The notes below the pieces were generated by a model that was not told the DNA's origin, did no database searches, and worked only from the letters and a program-made list of their open reading frames with translations. Source: Ostrea edulis (lineage: Eukaryota). Taken from it: a stretch of DNA of 64,000 bases. Both the position numbers and the translations under genes were made by a program. The stretch covers positions 91,512,001 to 91,576,000 of the forward strand of contig NC_079167.1 of assembly GCF_947568905.1 (NCBI RefSeq). Direction: 5' to 3'. Each line of letters opens with the position of its first letter. Position 1 is the stretch's first letter. Below are positions 1 to 10,928 of this stretch, piece after piece.

Positions 1-100
1 ATGCAAAAAAAAAAATTAATTTGTAATGTTCTTCGATGTCCAACATATGTACAGAATTGGAATAAACTTATCTTATCTGTACATGTACTCTTCTTTAAAG

Positions 101-181
101 TTTTTATTAGCTCACCTGAGCCGAAGGCTCAAGTGAACTTTTCTGACCACATTTTGTCCGGCATCCGTCTGTCTGTCTGTC

Positions 182-220
<39 letters not shown>

Positions 221-1068
221 ATGAACCACTGGGCCAATTTCAACCAAACATGGCCAAAAGCATCCTTGGGTGAAGGGCTTTCAAGTTTGTTCAAATGAAG
301 GGCCATGTCCCTTTCAAGGGGGAGATAATCACAAAAATGCAAAAATAGGGTGGGGTCATTTAAAAATCTTCTTCTCAAGAACCACTGGATCAGAAGAGCT
401 GAAATTTACCTGAAAGCTTCCTGACATATTGCAGATTCAAGTTTGTTCAAATCATGGCCCCCTGTGGTATAATGGGGCCACAAGGGGGGATCAAAGTTTT
501 ACATACAAATATATAGGGAAAAACTTTAAAAATCTTCTTCTCAAGAACCACTGAGCCAGAAAAGCTGATTTTTACATGAAAACTTTCTGACATAGTGCAG
601 ATTCAAGTTTGTTCAAATCATGGCCCCCGGGGATAAGATGGGGCCCCAAGGGGGGATCAAAGTTTTACACACAAATATATAGGGAAAAACTTTAAAAATC
701 TTCTTCTCAAGAACCACTAAGCCAGAAAAGCTGAGATTTACATGAAAACTTTCTGACATAGTGCAGATTCAAGTTTGTTCAAATCATGGCCCCCGGGGGG
801 TAGGATGGGGCCACAAGTGGGGGAGGGGGTCAAAGTTTTACATACAAATATAGGAAAAAGCTTTAAAAATCTTCTTCTCAAGAACCATTGGGCCAAAGAA
901 GTTGACATTTACATGAAAGCTTTCTGACATAGTGTAGATTCAAGTTTGCAAAGGGTAGTTTGGGCCATAATAGGGACTATTAGGTTTTATATGCAAATAT
1001 GTATGGAAAGTCTTCAGATATGGGCCAAGGTGACTCAAGTGAGCGATGTGGCCCATGGGCCTCTTCTT
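101..1068 (+). mobile_element. Non-autonomous Helentron-type (HINE/DINE-like) element with 166-bp Cg170-like satellite repeats
   Basis: T-rich 5' end, subterminal inverted repeat ctcacctgag (111) / ctcaagtgag (1034), (gtcc/gtct)n microsatellite, central repeats at spacings of about 166, 166 and 171 bp, 3' palindrome ggcccatgggcc. Confidence 0.82.
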
Positions 1069-1084
1069 AAAAAAAAAATGATTT

Positions 1085-1192
1085 AGAATGTTTTTGTGAT
1101 TGTTGCAGGTCATTATGATGAGAATGTTTTTGTGATTGTTGCAGGTCATTATGATGAGAATGTTTTTGTGATTGTTGTAGGTCATTATGATG
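1085..1192 (+). repeat. 3 x 36-bp tandem copy of splice acceptor plus exon start
   Basis: agaatgtttttgtgattgttg(c/t)ag|gtcattatgatg at 1085, 1121 and 1157. Confidence 0.95.
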
Positions 1193-1322
1193 GGAATGCG
1201 ATGCCTAGTGCTGGTGCTCTCCCCTTTGTTCAGTCTTTTTTGTGTAATTTTAACAATCCGTGCCATGCTACTGCAAGTGCAGACGAAACTCCAGGAACCA
1301 TTGGCAGTTTCGATCAGTCCTT
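1181..1322 (+). CDS. ABCA1: ABCA exon (HYDGNAMPSAGALPFVQSFLCNFNNPC)
   Basis: AG at 1179-80, GTAAGT at 1323; conserved AMPSAG motif; 142 bp. Confidence 0.92.
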
Positions 1323-1437
1323 GTAAGTTTGGTTTTAAACATTTTGGGAAAATAGAGGTTAGGGCTGTTCAGAATTTAAATATACTACAATTCTTTTTAT
1401 TACATGGACATAATTCTTTGTTTTATATCATTTTTAG

Positions 1438-1568
1438 TTTAACTAGAGTTGTGAAAGATCTCTCGAAAGTGTTGCAGGACAACTCGGTGATAACTTTAGC
1501 TCATGTCCTGCGAGATTTTGAGTTTTATACAGGAGTCTTAAACAACATAGGCAGTGGAAACTCTACGG
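1438..1568 (+). CDS. ABCA1: ABCA exon, ECD1 (LTRVVKDLSKVLQDN)
   Basis: AG/GT boundaries, phase 2 to 1, open frame. Confidence 0.8.
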
Positions 1569-1933
1569 GTACTGTTTGACAGTTTATTTACAAATTTCTT
1601 GAAACAGAGAACTTGCTGATGTTAATATTGCTGTGTGATATCTCAATGAGCTTGGACAGTATACATTCACCTTCAGTGAAGTCTGTTTCTCCCATTTTGG
1701 AAATGTAAATCTTCCGCTAAAACATTTTCCCTTTTGATAGATGGATTCACCATGTCTTTAGGTCTGTTCATTGATATTTGTTCCACAGATCTGTACAATT
1801 GTTCATTTTTTTCCTTTAAATTTTGGATATAATCATTGAAAGCTGTTCACATGATATTCATCAGTCATTTTTATTTGAAGGGGGGTAACTACTTTTGTGT
1901 CACCTTGGAAGCACAGACACATAAGAATCACTT

Positions 1934-1935
<2 letters not shown>

Positions 1936-2008
<73 letters not shown>

Positions 2009-2018
2009 CTCTCTCTCT
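1936..2018 (+). repeat. (CT)n microsatellite
   Basis: Direct reading. Confidence 0.97.
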
Positions 2019-2112
2019 GTGTTACACTTTAGAACATTTTAAAAAACTTTTTTTCTCTACATTTAGGCTTGATTGGATGATTAAGTATTAACCTGACCAT
2101 TGTGTTTTGTAG

Positions 2113-2231
2113 GGAATATTACCTTAGGAAGTTTAGTGGTGAATCCTCAGCAAATTATCTCCGGTTTCCAAGACAATGACACCAGGCAAGCCATCATTGA
2201 TCTTTTTGGAACTTCCATCAATATTAACATG
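2113..2231 (+). CDS. ABCA1: ABCA exon, ECD1 (NITLGSLVVNPQQ)
   Basis: ttttgtag acceptor, GTAAGA donor, phase 1 to 0. Confidence 0.8.
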
Positions 2232-2827
2232 GTAAGAAATCAGGGTCTGTTTCACTCCATATAATTTGGGTTTTTGTTAGGTCTTTCAAATGAAGTTGAG
2301 GATATGATTAATATGATGCATAGACGGATAACAACAATCGCTTTTATGAATGACATTTGAAATTCTGAATGTGGTTAGGGACTCTACAAATCATCAAGGG
2401 ACATAACTACGGAGTGCATGACTCCATAGTTTACTCACTTTCACCAGCAGTATATGCCTGGACTTTAATGAGAAGGGACATCGGTGGTTTATGGAAACAA
2501 TATTTGTGTCTTGAAATCATTTTATCTAGTTTTGAATAAAACAAACATTTTTAATGATGTGAAAATCACTTGTTTCTCACAATTCTAAATATCTGCAACA
2601 TGTTTTTCTTAGATGCAGACTTTGTACTTTTGTTTGGGAGACTTGCATTTTGAATGCTCCCTTATATCTTTTTTTAACTTTGTTCCAAAGATACATGTAT
2701 GTAAAAACATGATTGTTTATGCTGTCATAAACTGAAATGCTCAAATGTATTATTTTGAAAAGAATAGAAGTATTTCAATTCATAGTGTTGACAGAATATT
2801 GAGTTTTTCATTCATGTTAATCTTCAG

Positions 2828-3124
2828 TTGAATTCGACACTTGTAAACGACATCTTGGAAGACGTAGGGGTCTGTAGAGTGCCCAATCTGAATTCGACAG
2901 GCGTAAACCCATCCACAAACCTGACCCTACTACAAGCCCAATTCCGGAATGTTATCTGTGACCAGGATCAAATTTCTCAGATTTTTAATTTTACCTCGGA
3001 ACCTGCTCGGGATCTGGTATCCAACCAGCTGTGTAATTTAACAAATCCGGAAAGTATTGGTAACGTGATTCAGTTACTGGAAGAACTACAGAGGACGGTG
3101 AATGCCACAACTCTTTTTGAAGAG
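2828..3124 (+). CDS. ABCA1: ABCA exon, ECD1 (LNSTLVNDILEDVGVC)
   Basis: ttcag acceptor, GTGAGC donor, 297 bp open frame. Confidence 0.85.
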
Positions 3125-3334
3125 GTGAGCAAGATTTGAATTTAGAAACAATTTTACATGAAATGTATTGGATATTTGCAAAGGTTCTGTGCTACATAAT
3201 TCAAGGGAGTTCTTTATTGCCTGTCAATATTAAATGTCCTATGTATGAATACATTGCAATATCTGTGAGTTACACTTGCATTCCTGAATATGAATATTTG
3301 TGACAGTTATATTTAGTAATTTTCTTTATTTCAG

Positions 3335-3442
3335 CTGCAGAGATTTGCCTTGGCTAATGCAGGCAGTTTAGGGGGAGGTGGAGGAAGTGGTCCAACAATA
3401 GATGCTAGCGCCTTACCTGCCTTGATCAGAGCATACCAGGAT
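3335..3442 (+). CDS. ABCA1: ABCA exon, Gly-rich ECD1 (LQRFALANAGSLGGGGGSGP)
   Basis: tttcag acceptor, GTAAGT donor, 108 bp. Confidence 0.8.
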
Positions 3443-3760
3443 GTAAGTGTGTAATGTAAAGAAAAAGTTGTGAGGCTGGAAATCCAACCTGGAACTCTGG
3501 TATATATATACTGGTCAGCTGTTTAGTTACATATCTCTAGTCCATGTGCTAGTCCTCATTATCTCAAAAGAATCTTGCACAGACTTGCCATGTGTTCCTC
3601 ATCCACCCTCTGTCAATGTCTCAATTCAGGGTCACAATTCTGTTTGCAGACAACAGATTTTTCCTCTGCAATGTCTTAAAAATTTTATTTACTCTCTAAA
3701 ACAATCATTCCCTATATGAAAAAATTCACATGTTAGTCTTTGTTTTTTACCCTTCTATAT

Positions 3761-3975
3761 TATATCTCCTCCCCCACCCCCACCCCCACCCCCACCCCAA
3801 ACACACCTACACACATACAATGTTATATCTCCTCCCCCACCCCCACCCCAAACACACCTACACACATACAATGTTATATCTCCTCCCCCACCCCCACCCC
3901 AAACACACCTACACACATACAATGTTATATCTCCTCCCCCACCCCCACCCCAAACACACCTACACACATACAATG
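3761..3975 (+). repeat. About 4 x 51-bp C-rich minisatellite
   Basis: atgttatatctcctcccccacccccaccccaaacacacctacacacataca. Confidence 0.92.
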
Positions 3976-4380
3976 TTGTGGTCATGACTCAACAACAAGT
4001 AATCTCAAAACCTAAATATCAGTAATCAGTAAGTGTGAAGGTGTATATGAAAACAAGCGTTCTGTAGGAAGGAAAATTTCCTCTGTTTGGGAGATCTATA
4101 GAGCTCCTGTGAAATCGTAAGAAGACCTTGTGTTGACATCGAGGATCCCAGAAATGCATCACTGGCATCATACTTTCATACAACATTTGATTGCATTTTG
4201 GTTTTCAAATGTACAATAAATCCGAATTCTTTGAAAATTTACTATCTATCTGTTTTGGAGAAATAAACATTTCCCTTATAAAGAAATAGCTATAGAAAAA
4301 TTTTCATATTTTGAAAAATGGACTGAAATATATGATTTTTCATGTAAAACTTTTATTATAAAAATTAAACAACTCGTATA

Positions 4381-4735
4381 ATTAGGGCCCCGCATGAAAT
4401 GTGGGAAGCCCTATAGTAATCACGTCCGTCTGTCCGTCAACACTTTCTTTGTGACACGATAACTCAAACAGTTTTTATCGTACAGTTTTCAAATTTTGTA
4501 CAGAAATAATGTACAATAAGAGGAAGATGCCTATAGATTTTGGGGTCATTTCACTTTTTCTGTCTGTCTGGCATGATCTTTGTTATTATGAACACTTTCT
4601 TTGTGACACAATAACTCAAGAGTTTTTATTGTACAGTTTTCAAATTATGTACAGAAATACTTTACAATAAGAGGAAGACACCTATAGATTTTGGGGTCAT
4701 GTCACTTTGTCTGTCTGTTTGAATGTCATCATCTT
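4381..4735 (+). mobile_element. Partial Helentron-like element with two ~170-bp internal repeats
   Basis: 5' hairpin-like segment, gtccgtctgtccgtc, duplicated aacactttctttgtgacac...gattttggggtcat. Confidence 0.5.
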
Positions 4736-5880
4736 TCTTATTATGACCGTATTTATTTACCACTGTCTAAGGTAGATAATTCAATTTGAATTATGATATG
4801 CATTGTATTGATATATAGAAAATTTACAAGAAATAACTCTACAACATTGTGTATGTGTATATATTTGTTTTTTTTTTTTAATGTGATATAAAAAATGCTT
4901 GATGTTACATGTATATTGAATTAAAACACGTCATTCCCAGTCAACAACTTTCGATCGGAATACGAAATAAAGTTTCTTATATCCGGTTGCAAAATGAAAT
5001 TGCTTCATGCTTCAAGTTATTGAATTATGTAGTAATTGCACGTTACACATTAGAGAACTGTTCCTTTGAATAAAGAAAGTCACAAAATAGATACAAAATG
5101 AGTGGTTTCTTATTCATTACTGTTACCGAGCTTTCGTCGGCGAAAATCTTGAAATGGCGTGTTTCACTGCGCTTGTAGACGGTAAGGTCCACATTTTCTA
5201 CATGAGTATTTTGATATTTGCTTATGAATTTTTTGTTCCTACATGGTATGTCTCGGCTAGGAATAATGGACACTTTCTCACCTATGTATGTAAAGACATA
5301 TTAATCTCTATTTTTAAAAATGTAGAACACTTTTATCAAATGACAATGTGTTTGAAAACACTTAGAGCCCCGATGTCAGAATTTCCTTTTCCAAGACATC
5401 AATATGTCAAATTCATAATCCTTTTCGAATAGTATGTACCATATTTTGTACCAGTTATCCATTTTGAATCCCCTATTACAATGGGATTTTGTTTCACTCT
5501 GTTGTGTTTGAGTGGATGAGTGTGTGTCAAACAGAAGTCATTTAAATTGCTTAAGTCTCTCATAAATATGCTTCATGATTCCTTTTTCACAAATTGGCAT
5601 TTCAATGTATCTTTATATATTATTAATTCTAACATAAATACCAGCCCCAAACATTGCTATATTAAATACAGATGTCACTTTCCTCTAATAACCCTCAGCG
5701 GGGCCCTTGCTGACCGTGTCAATTTTCTAGTTTATGTTTGGAAAAACAGTGATACATGCACTTCTGAAAGAACAGTTTATCTTTGTAAAGAATTTACTTT
5801 CTATTTAGTAAAAGACTAGATGGGGTATTAATCAGACTAAGATAGTCTTACCGAGTAATAATTTCTTCATTTCCCTGTAG

Positions 5881-6136
5881 ATCCAGCAGTTGTCCAGCGT
5901 AGGTGACCTGGTCAATGAGTTCCAGAGATTGATACAGGACGTGTCTTTGGGGTCAGGAATGGACCTGGGGTCAATGGTGTGTGGGCGCAGTAACTCCGTG
6001 CTTGGAGCGAGTGGTACAAGTCTGCTGGCTGGTTTGGGAGGTTTACTGACCACCGGGGGCGTGCAGACGGGGGGCAGTGTGGAGACTGGGAACAACACAT
6101 ACAATGCCACTGCCAATGTTACGGTTGGACAGTCAG
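5881..6136 (+). CDS. ABCA1: ABCA exon, Gly/Ser/Thr-rich ECD1 (IQQLSSVGDLVNEF)
   Basis: ccctgtag acceptor, GTAC donor, phase 0 to 1. Confidence 0.82.
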
Positions 6137-6754
6137 GTACCAGAACACAAGCCATCTTGAAACCATTCAGAGTTTATGAATATCTTTCTCAAGGATCTGA
6201 AATATAGATTAGATAGCATCTTTGTACATACATACAACTTGTTAAGAATTAAACTAGATTTTGTTATCTAACTTTGAAAGAAAACTCAATTTGTTTTGCA
6301 GTATTTATAACCAAGATAGCAACAAAATACAAGATAATTTGAAATTTCCATTAAAAAAAATGTGACAAGATCACAACTGAATTAGTGTTTAGTCATTGTT
6401 ATCAATGGAAACAAGAGGGACTATAAACAATGGTTCTCAGAAGAAAACTTGTATGCCCTGAATGTAAACTGTTTATTGAAAATTGAAAACTTTTTGTACT
6501 TTATTGTCCAATGTACGATAGATTTTGATAGAATGTCAAACAGTTATTGACTACATCTGAGGAGAACAGCTGTTTTGTTTGACCCAGGGATGGATCCGGT
6601 CGCTCGAAACTGCAGGCTGTTCAGATGGGAAGATATTGATATGGCTTCATGATTTTTCAAAGAAAATATACAACATGCATTTTCAGATTTTTTCATGTTA
6701 ATTGCATTAACAGTGCACTACTTTATTAAAAGTGGATATGATTTTTGTGAACAG

Positions 6755-6894
6755 GTGGTGTCTGTGACACGATCACAAAAATGATGTACAGTAGCCGCAC
6801 CACTCGAGTCCTGTGGAAGCAGATTCTACCAATGTTACAGGGAGAGATTCTGTATTACCCAGATACTCCTGCAGTCAGAAAAATTATCAAAGAG
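6755..6894 (+). CDS. ABCA1: ABCA exon (VLWKQILPMLQGEILYYPDTPAVRKIIKE)
   Basis: Resembles ABCA1 GKILYTPDTP; 140 bp. Confidence 0.92.
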
Positions 6895-6924
6895 GTACAT
6901 GCATAAACCAAGACACAGAAGGGG

Positions 6925-7165
6925 TTGATTGATTGTATATTGTTTAACATCCCACTCCAGAGTCTTTCACTTATGTGGAGACGTCATCACCGGTGAAGGG
7001 CTTCAAAAGTTAAGCCTATGCTCGGCGCTTATGGCCAATGAGCAGGGAGGGATCTTTATCGTGTCACAACTGCTGTGACACTGGGCCTCAGTTTTTGCGG
7101 TCTTATCGGAAGGACCACCCCATTTAGTCGTCTCTGAAGACAAGCAAGGGGTACTGAGGACAGAA
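6925..7165 (-). mobile_element. SINE-like interspersed repeat, copy 1
   Basis: Homologous to 36697-36915 and to the reverse complement of 63239-63514; (caat)n-type tail. Confidence 0.78.
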
Positions 7166-7463
7166 TGGTGAACAAAAGCAGTAAACAGATGCATGTAGAT
7201 CATGATGGAGAGGTTGGAAGTGCTTGTATTCAGAAACCAAGTGGGGAGGGGTTTTATTACTGTAGGTACACTGTACTTAAGAGTAAGAATTCATTTGCAT
7301 TTGGGATTTTGAGGGTAGAAAAAGGGAATTGTGTAATTTCAATGGCAGTCATTCTAGGATTTAGTAACAGTATATTTTATGTTGGTATTTGTATCATTTA
7401 GTATTGTAAATCTAACCTGTGCACAACTATGAAAATTAAGCGTTATTTTTAACATAATTTTAG

Positions 7464-7583
7464 GCCAACCAGACATTCGAGGAGTTTGCCAATGTGATAA
7501 ATCTGGCCAGGAACTTCAGCCAGGATTACTACTTTGACTTGTATAACTACCTGAATAACAGCGCGAACATTGAATTCCTTCGG
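7464..7583 (+). CDS. ABCA1: ABCA exon (ANQTFEEFANV)
   Basis: AG/GTAAGT boundaries, 120 bp. Confidence 0.88.
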
Positions 7584-7798
7584 GTAAGTCGTGTCTGGTT
7601 TTACGTCGTCAAGAATACATGTATGTTCCCAGGACTTTGTAAAACATTCTTGATGTAAATTTCAAAAGCCATCTATATGAGACAGGTATATATGATTATT
7701 GAATAGTACCTGTACATTTCTAAATTGTTAGAAGAGAAATGCTAAAGTAATTAACATATACAGTATTGAAAACTAATTCTGTTATTTATTTGTTGTAG

Positions 7799-7990
7799 AC
7801 TTTGACTGGTTCCTGTCTCTGTGACTTAGCTTTTGACCAGCTAAGGAGTACATCCAATATCTCCTCGAACTACAGTGCCTGTTCGTCGTTGAATGCCTTC
7901 TTAAACAACGGCAACTCGACAGGTTACGATTGGAGAAATGCCATCAATGCCACTAGATCGTTGGCACTGGGCATTGCAGAATTTGGAGGG
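7799..7990 (+). CDS. ABCA1: ABCA exon (GYDWRNAINAT)
   Basis: AG/GT boundaries, 192 bp. Confidence 0.86.
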
Positions 7991-8226
7991 GTATGATTTC
8001 ATTATGGTAGCACTTTTTAATTTCTTCAAAATGCAGTAGCAGGGCAAAATTAAAGAGAAACATTCTCTTGCAACCCTTTTACCGAAAGGACAAATTAGTG
8101 ATATGCACACAAAGTAGTGTTACATTTTACAATCTTGGGAAGGGGGGGCTGTAATTGTCTGTTTTTATGTCGTGTGTGTCTTGGTGACACTGTACAGTAT
8201 TCATCCTGTTGTAGAGTTCATTACTC

Positions 8227-8395
8227 CCTGTTTTACTTCAATCTGGAGGTACATGTAACATTAACTTGTTTTACTTCAATCTGGAGGTACATGTAACATT
8301 AACCTGTTTTACTTCAATCTGGAGGTACATGTAACATTAACTTGTTTTACTTCAATCTGGAGGTACAATCTGGAGGTACATGTAACATTAAATTG
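8227..8395 (+). repeat. About 4.5 x 37-38-bp repeat abutting acceptor 8404
   Basis: ttgttttacttcaatctggaggtacatgtaacattaa. Confidence 0.88.
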
Positions 8396-8404
8396 TTTTT
8401 GCAG

Positions 8405-8498
8405 TGCTTCAACCTGAACAAGTTTAAAGGTTACAAAAATCAGAGGCAGATGATCAATGATGGAGTGAAAAAGATTGAAGATTTGGATTTTTGGGCAG
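8405..8498 (+). CDS. ABCA1: ABCA exon (CFNLNKFKGY...DFWA)
   Basis: Resembles ABCA1 CVNLNK...FWAG; AG/GTAAGA. Confidence 0.9.
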
Positions 8499-8535
8499 GT
8501 AAGAAATAAAAGTCCTCAACTTGGTTAATTGCTTA

Positions 8536-9516
8536 GGGCTATTCCAGAAATAAATACATGAGGGGGTCGGGAGGCACCTTTTGTATATACCAAGCACCCA
8601 TAAAAAAAAAAAAAAAAAATTACCCCATGACCCATCAAATTAATAAACTCATTTTACAAGGACCCATCTAATAAAAAAAAAAAAACTAACCAGACCCACC
8701 ACAAAAATATTTTTAAAAATGAAAACGGTACAAATCTCGCGAGGTTTTCGGGACAAACATTCTAGTCAATGACGGGGTAATGCCTGTACGACATTGTATC
8801 ATAGTAGTTCTGAAGAAACGCTGTCACATCAACAATCAAAGGCATCTATGGCGGGAATGTTGGAAAGATTGGGAGTCCAAACGATGCTATTATCATGAAA
8901 TGGGTATGGATATGTTTTTCCACGAATCGTTCGTCTTCTAATGGAGCCCGTGCCCGGAGGCCTCTATATCACCATCACACCGACTGATAAATATAACGCA
9001 TCGGTACCCTTGTATAAATCAACTAAGGTTTGCCTATTTTTATTAGAAAACGGAATACCTATTGGTTTCAAAATATTCCCAAAATCGATGCACTGTAAAC
9101 TGTAATAATCTACAGAACAGAGTTCGCCGCCATCACGTCCATAGGGACCCTACTAAACGCGCCTCTAATTTGAAGAGTGCCGTAATGGAAAGTTATGCGC
9201 TGCAAAGAGCGACAACTCGAATAGTTCTATGTTACTTCCGATTTCCGATTTCGAAAGCAGCATTTCGAAAGCACGTTTTCAATTTTCCCTCCGACGTTTT
9301 GTAACCAACACGACAAGAGCGACAATAAAAATATTCTGAAAACTCAACACCCATGTGGCACAAAATAAAACAATAGAAACTACCCACTACCCATAATAAA
9401 TATTTTTTTAACAGACCAACCACGGACCAATTAAAATATGAAAAAATACGACCACCCACACAAAAAAATATCGTTTGCCGCCCGACCCCCCCATTTGATC
9501 ATTTCTGGAACAGCCC
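8536..9516. mobile_element. PIF/Harbinger-type MITE, 981 bp
   Basis: TIRs gggctattccagaaa / tttctggaacagccc, further inverted match gggggtcggg / cccgaccccc, TTA target duplication on both sides. Confidence 0.85.
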
Positions 9517-9907
9517 TTAATTAATACATGTACAAATGTATGTAAATATATTATAGATAATATAGATACATGTACATTTAGGTATGGTTAATTTATATAC
9601 TGCATCCCGGTAAAATTTTGCCTTATGTTACTGTTGTCCAGACTCATTGAAAAAAAGATTTTGTCCTTTTCTAAATTTGCCCCAAACCATTTATTAAGTA
9701 CTGTTTAAGAGCAGTAGATTAGCCCAGTTTTGAAAATCGCCCATTGAGGATGAGGGTCAAATAGGCAAACATTCAATGGGTATGAAAATTCAATGAGTAC
9801 GAAAATTCCCAGGTATACAGTACACGTCCAGAGAGTAACATACAAGTGAAGACATTGAGGATATCGGTTTTATTTCAAATGGTTATTCACACATATATAA
9901 TTTACAG

Positions 9908-10019
9908 CCTTGGAGTTTCAAGTTTCTGATAATGATCAGGACCCCCTCCCAACCCATGTGAAGTACTCCATTAGAATGGACACTGCCAAAGTCGACAGTA
10001 CAACAAGAATCCAGGACAA
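9908..10019 (+). CDS. ABCA1: ABCA exon (LPTHVKYSIRMD)
   Basis: Resembles ABCA1 HVKYKIRMD; phase 1 to 2. Confidence 0.92.
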
Positions 10020-10195
10020 GTAAGTGCCCCCTCCTTTAATCCAGGTCAAGTGCCCCCTCCTTTAATCCAGGTCAAGTGCCTTCTCCTTTAATCCAGGTCA
10101 AGTGACCCCTCCTTTAATCCAGGTCAAGTGCCTTCTCCTTTAATCCAGGACAAGTCCCCCTCCTTTAATCCAGGACAAGTGCCCCTCCTATTAAT
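10008..10195 (+). repeat. About 7 x 26-30-bp repeat derived from exon end plus donor
   Basis: aatccagg(a/t)caagtgccccctccttt; only the first copy keeps GTAAGT. Confidence 0.88.
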
Positions 10196-10446
10196 TTAGG
10201 AAAAATCATGATGGTCACACTTTCAATAATGATTCAGAATAAGATAAAATTATCCTTGATTATAAATCATCTATGGAACATCATTTGAACAGACCTACAT
10301 AATTTGCTTTTCATTTATTGAATGTATTTAAAAGACTGCTTAGTAGTCATTCTGCTTCTCAAAACTGAAAAAATCCACACTTCTGACAATCTGTGTGAGT
10401 TCAAGATATAGAAAAAGTAATTGAATTTTGAAAAATGTTGCCTTGC

Positions 10447-10555
10447 CTGTATGGGAATAGCCATTTAGATCTATTCTGAGAATAGCCATTTAGATCTATC
10501 TTGAGAATAGCCATTTAGATCTATCTTGAGAATAGCCATTTAGATCTATCTTGAG
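10447..10555 (+). repeat. 4 x 25-bp intronic minisatellite
   Basis: gagaatagccatttagatctatctt. Confidence 0.88.
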
Positions 10556-10751
10556 GAGGGAATGCTGTTTACGTGTTACTTGTAACCTTGATATGTACAG
10601 TATTGCCTATTTTGTACAGAATATACTTTGTAGGTGCCCCTCCATTTTAACTGTTGATTGCAGTTATTTATGTACATGTACTATGTAGTTCCAGAAGTAA
10701 CATACATGTAAATGCAACACATCGACAAAAACTTGTCAATTTCTGTTTCAG

Positions 10752-10928
10752 ATACTGGCGACCTGGTCCCAGGTCTACTGCTGGAATTGACACAAAATAC
10801 ATCACTTACGGCTTTGCTTACATTCAGGACATGATTGACCATGCGATCATTAATATCCAGACTAACAAGCAGGTGAACATCGGAGTGGAAACACAGCAGT
10901 TCCCCTATCCATGTTATACCAGAGACAG
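10752..10928 (+). CDS. ABCA1: ABCA exon (YWRPGPR...QQFPYPCYTRD)
   Basis: Conserved GF.YIQD and PYPCY motifs; 177 bp. Confidence 0.95.

Noticed and set aside
1-273. 90-aa ORF and similar short ORFs in the track
   Set aside because: They overlap transposon or intron sequence and use non-ATG starts or lack motifs.
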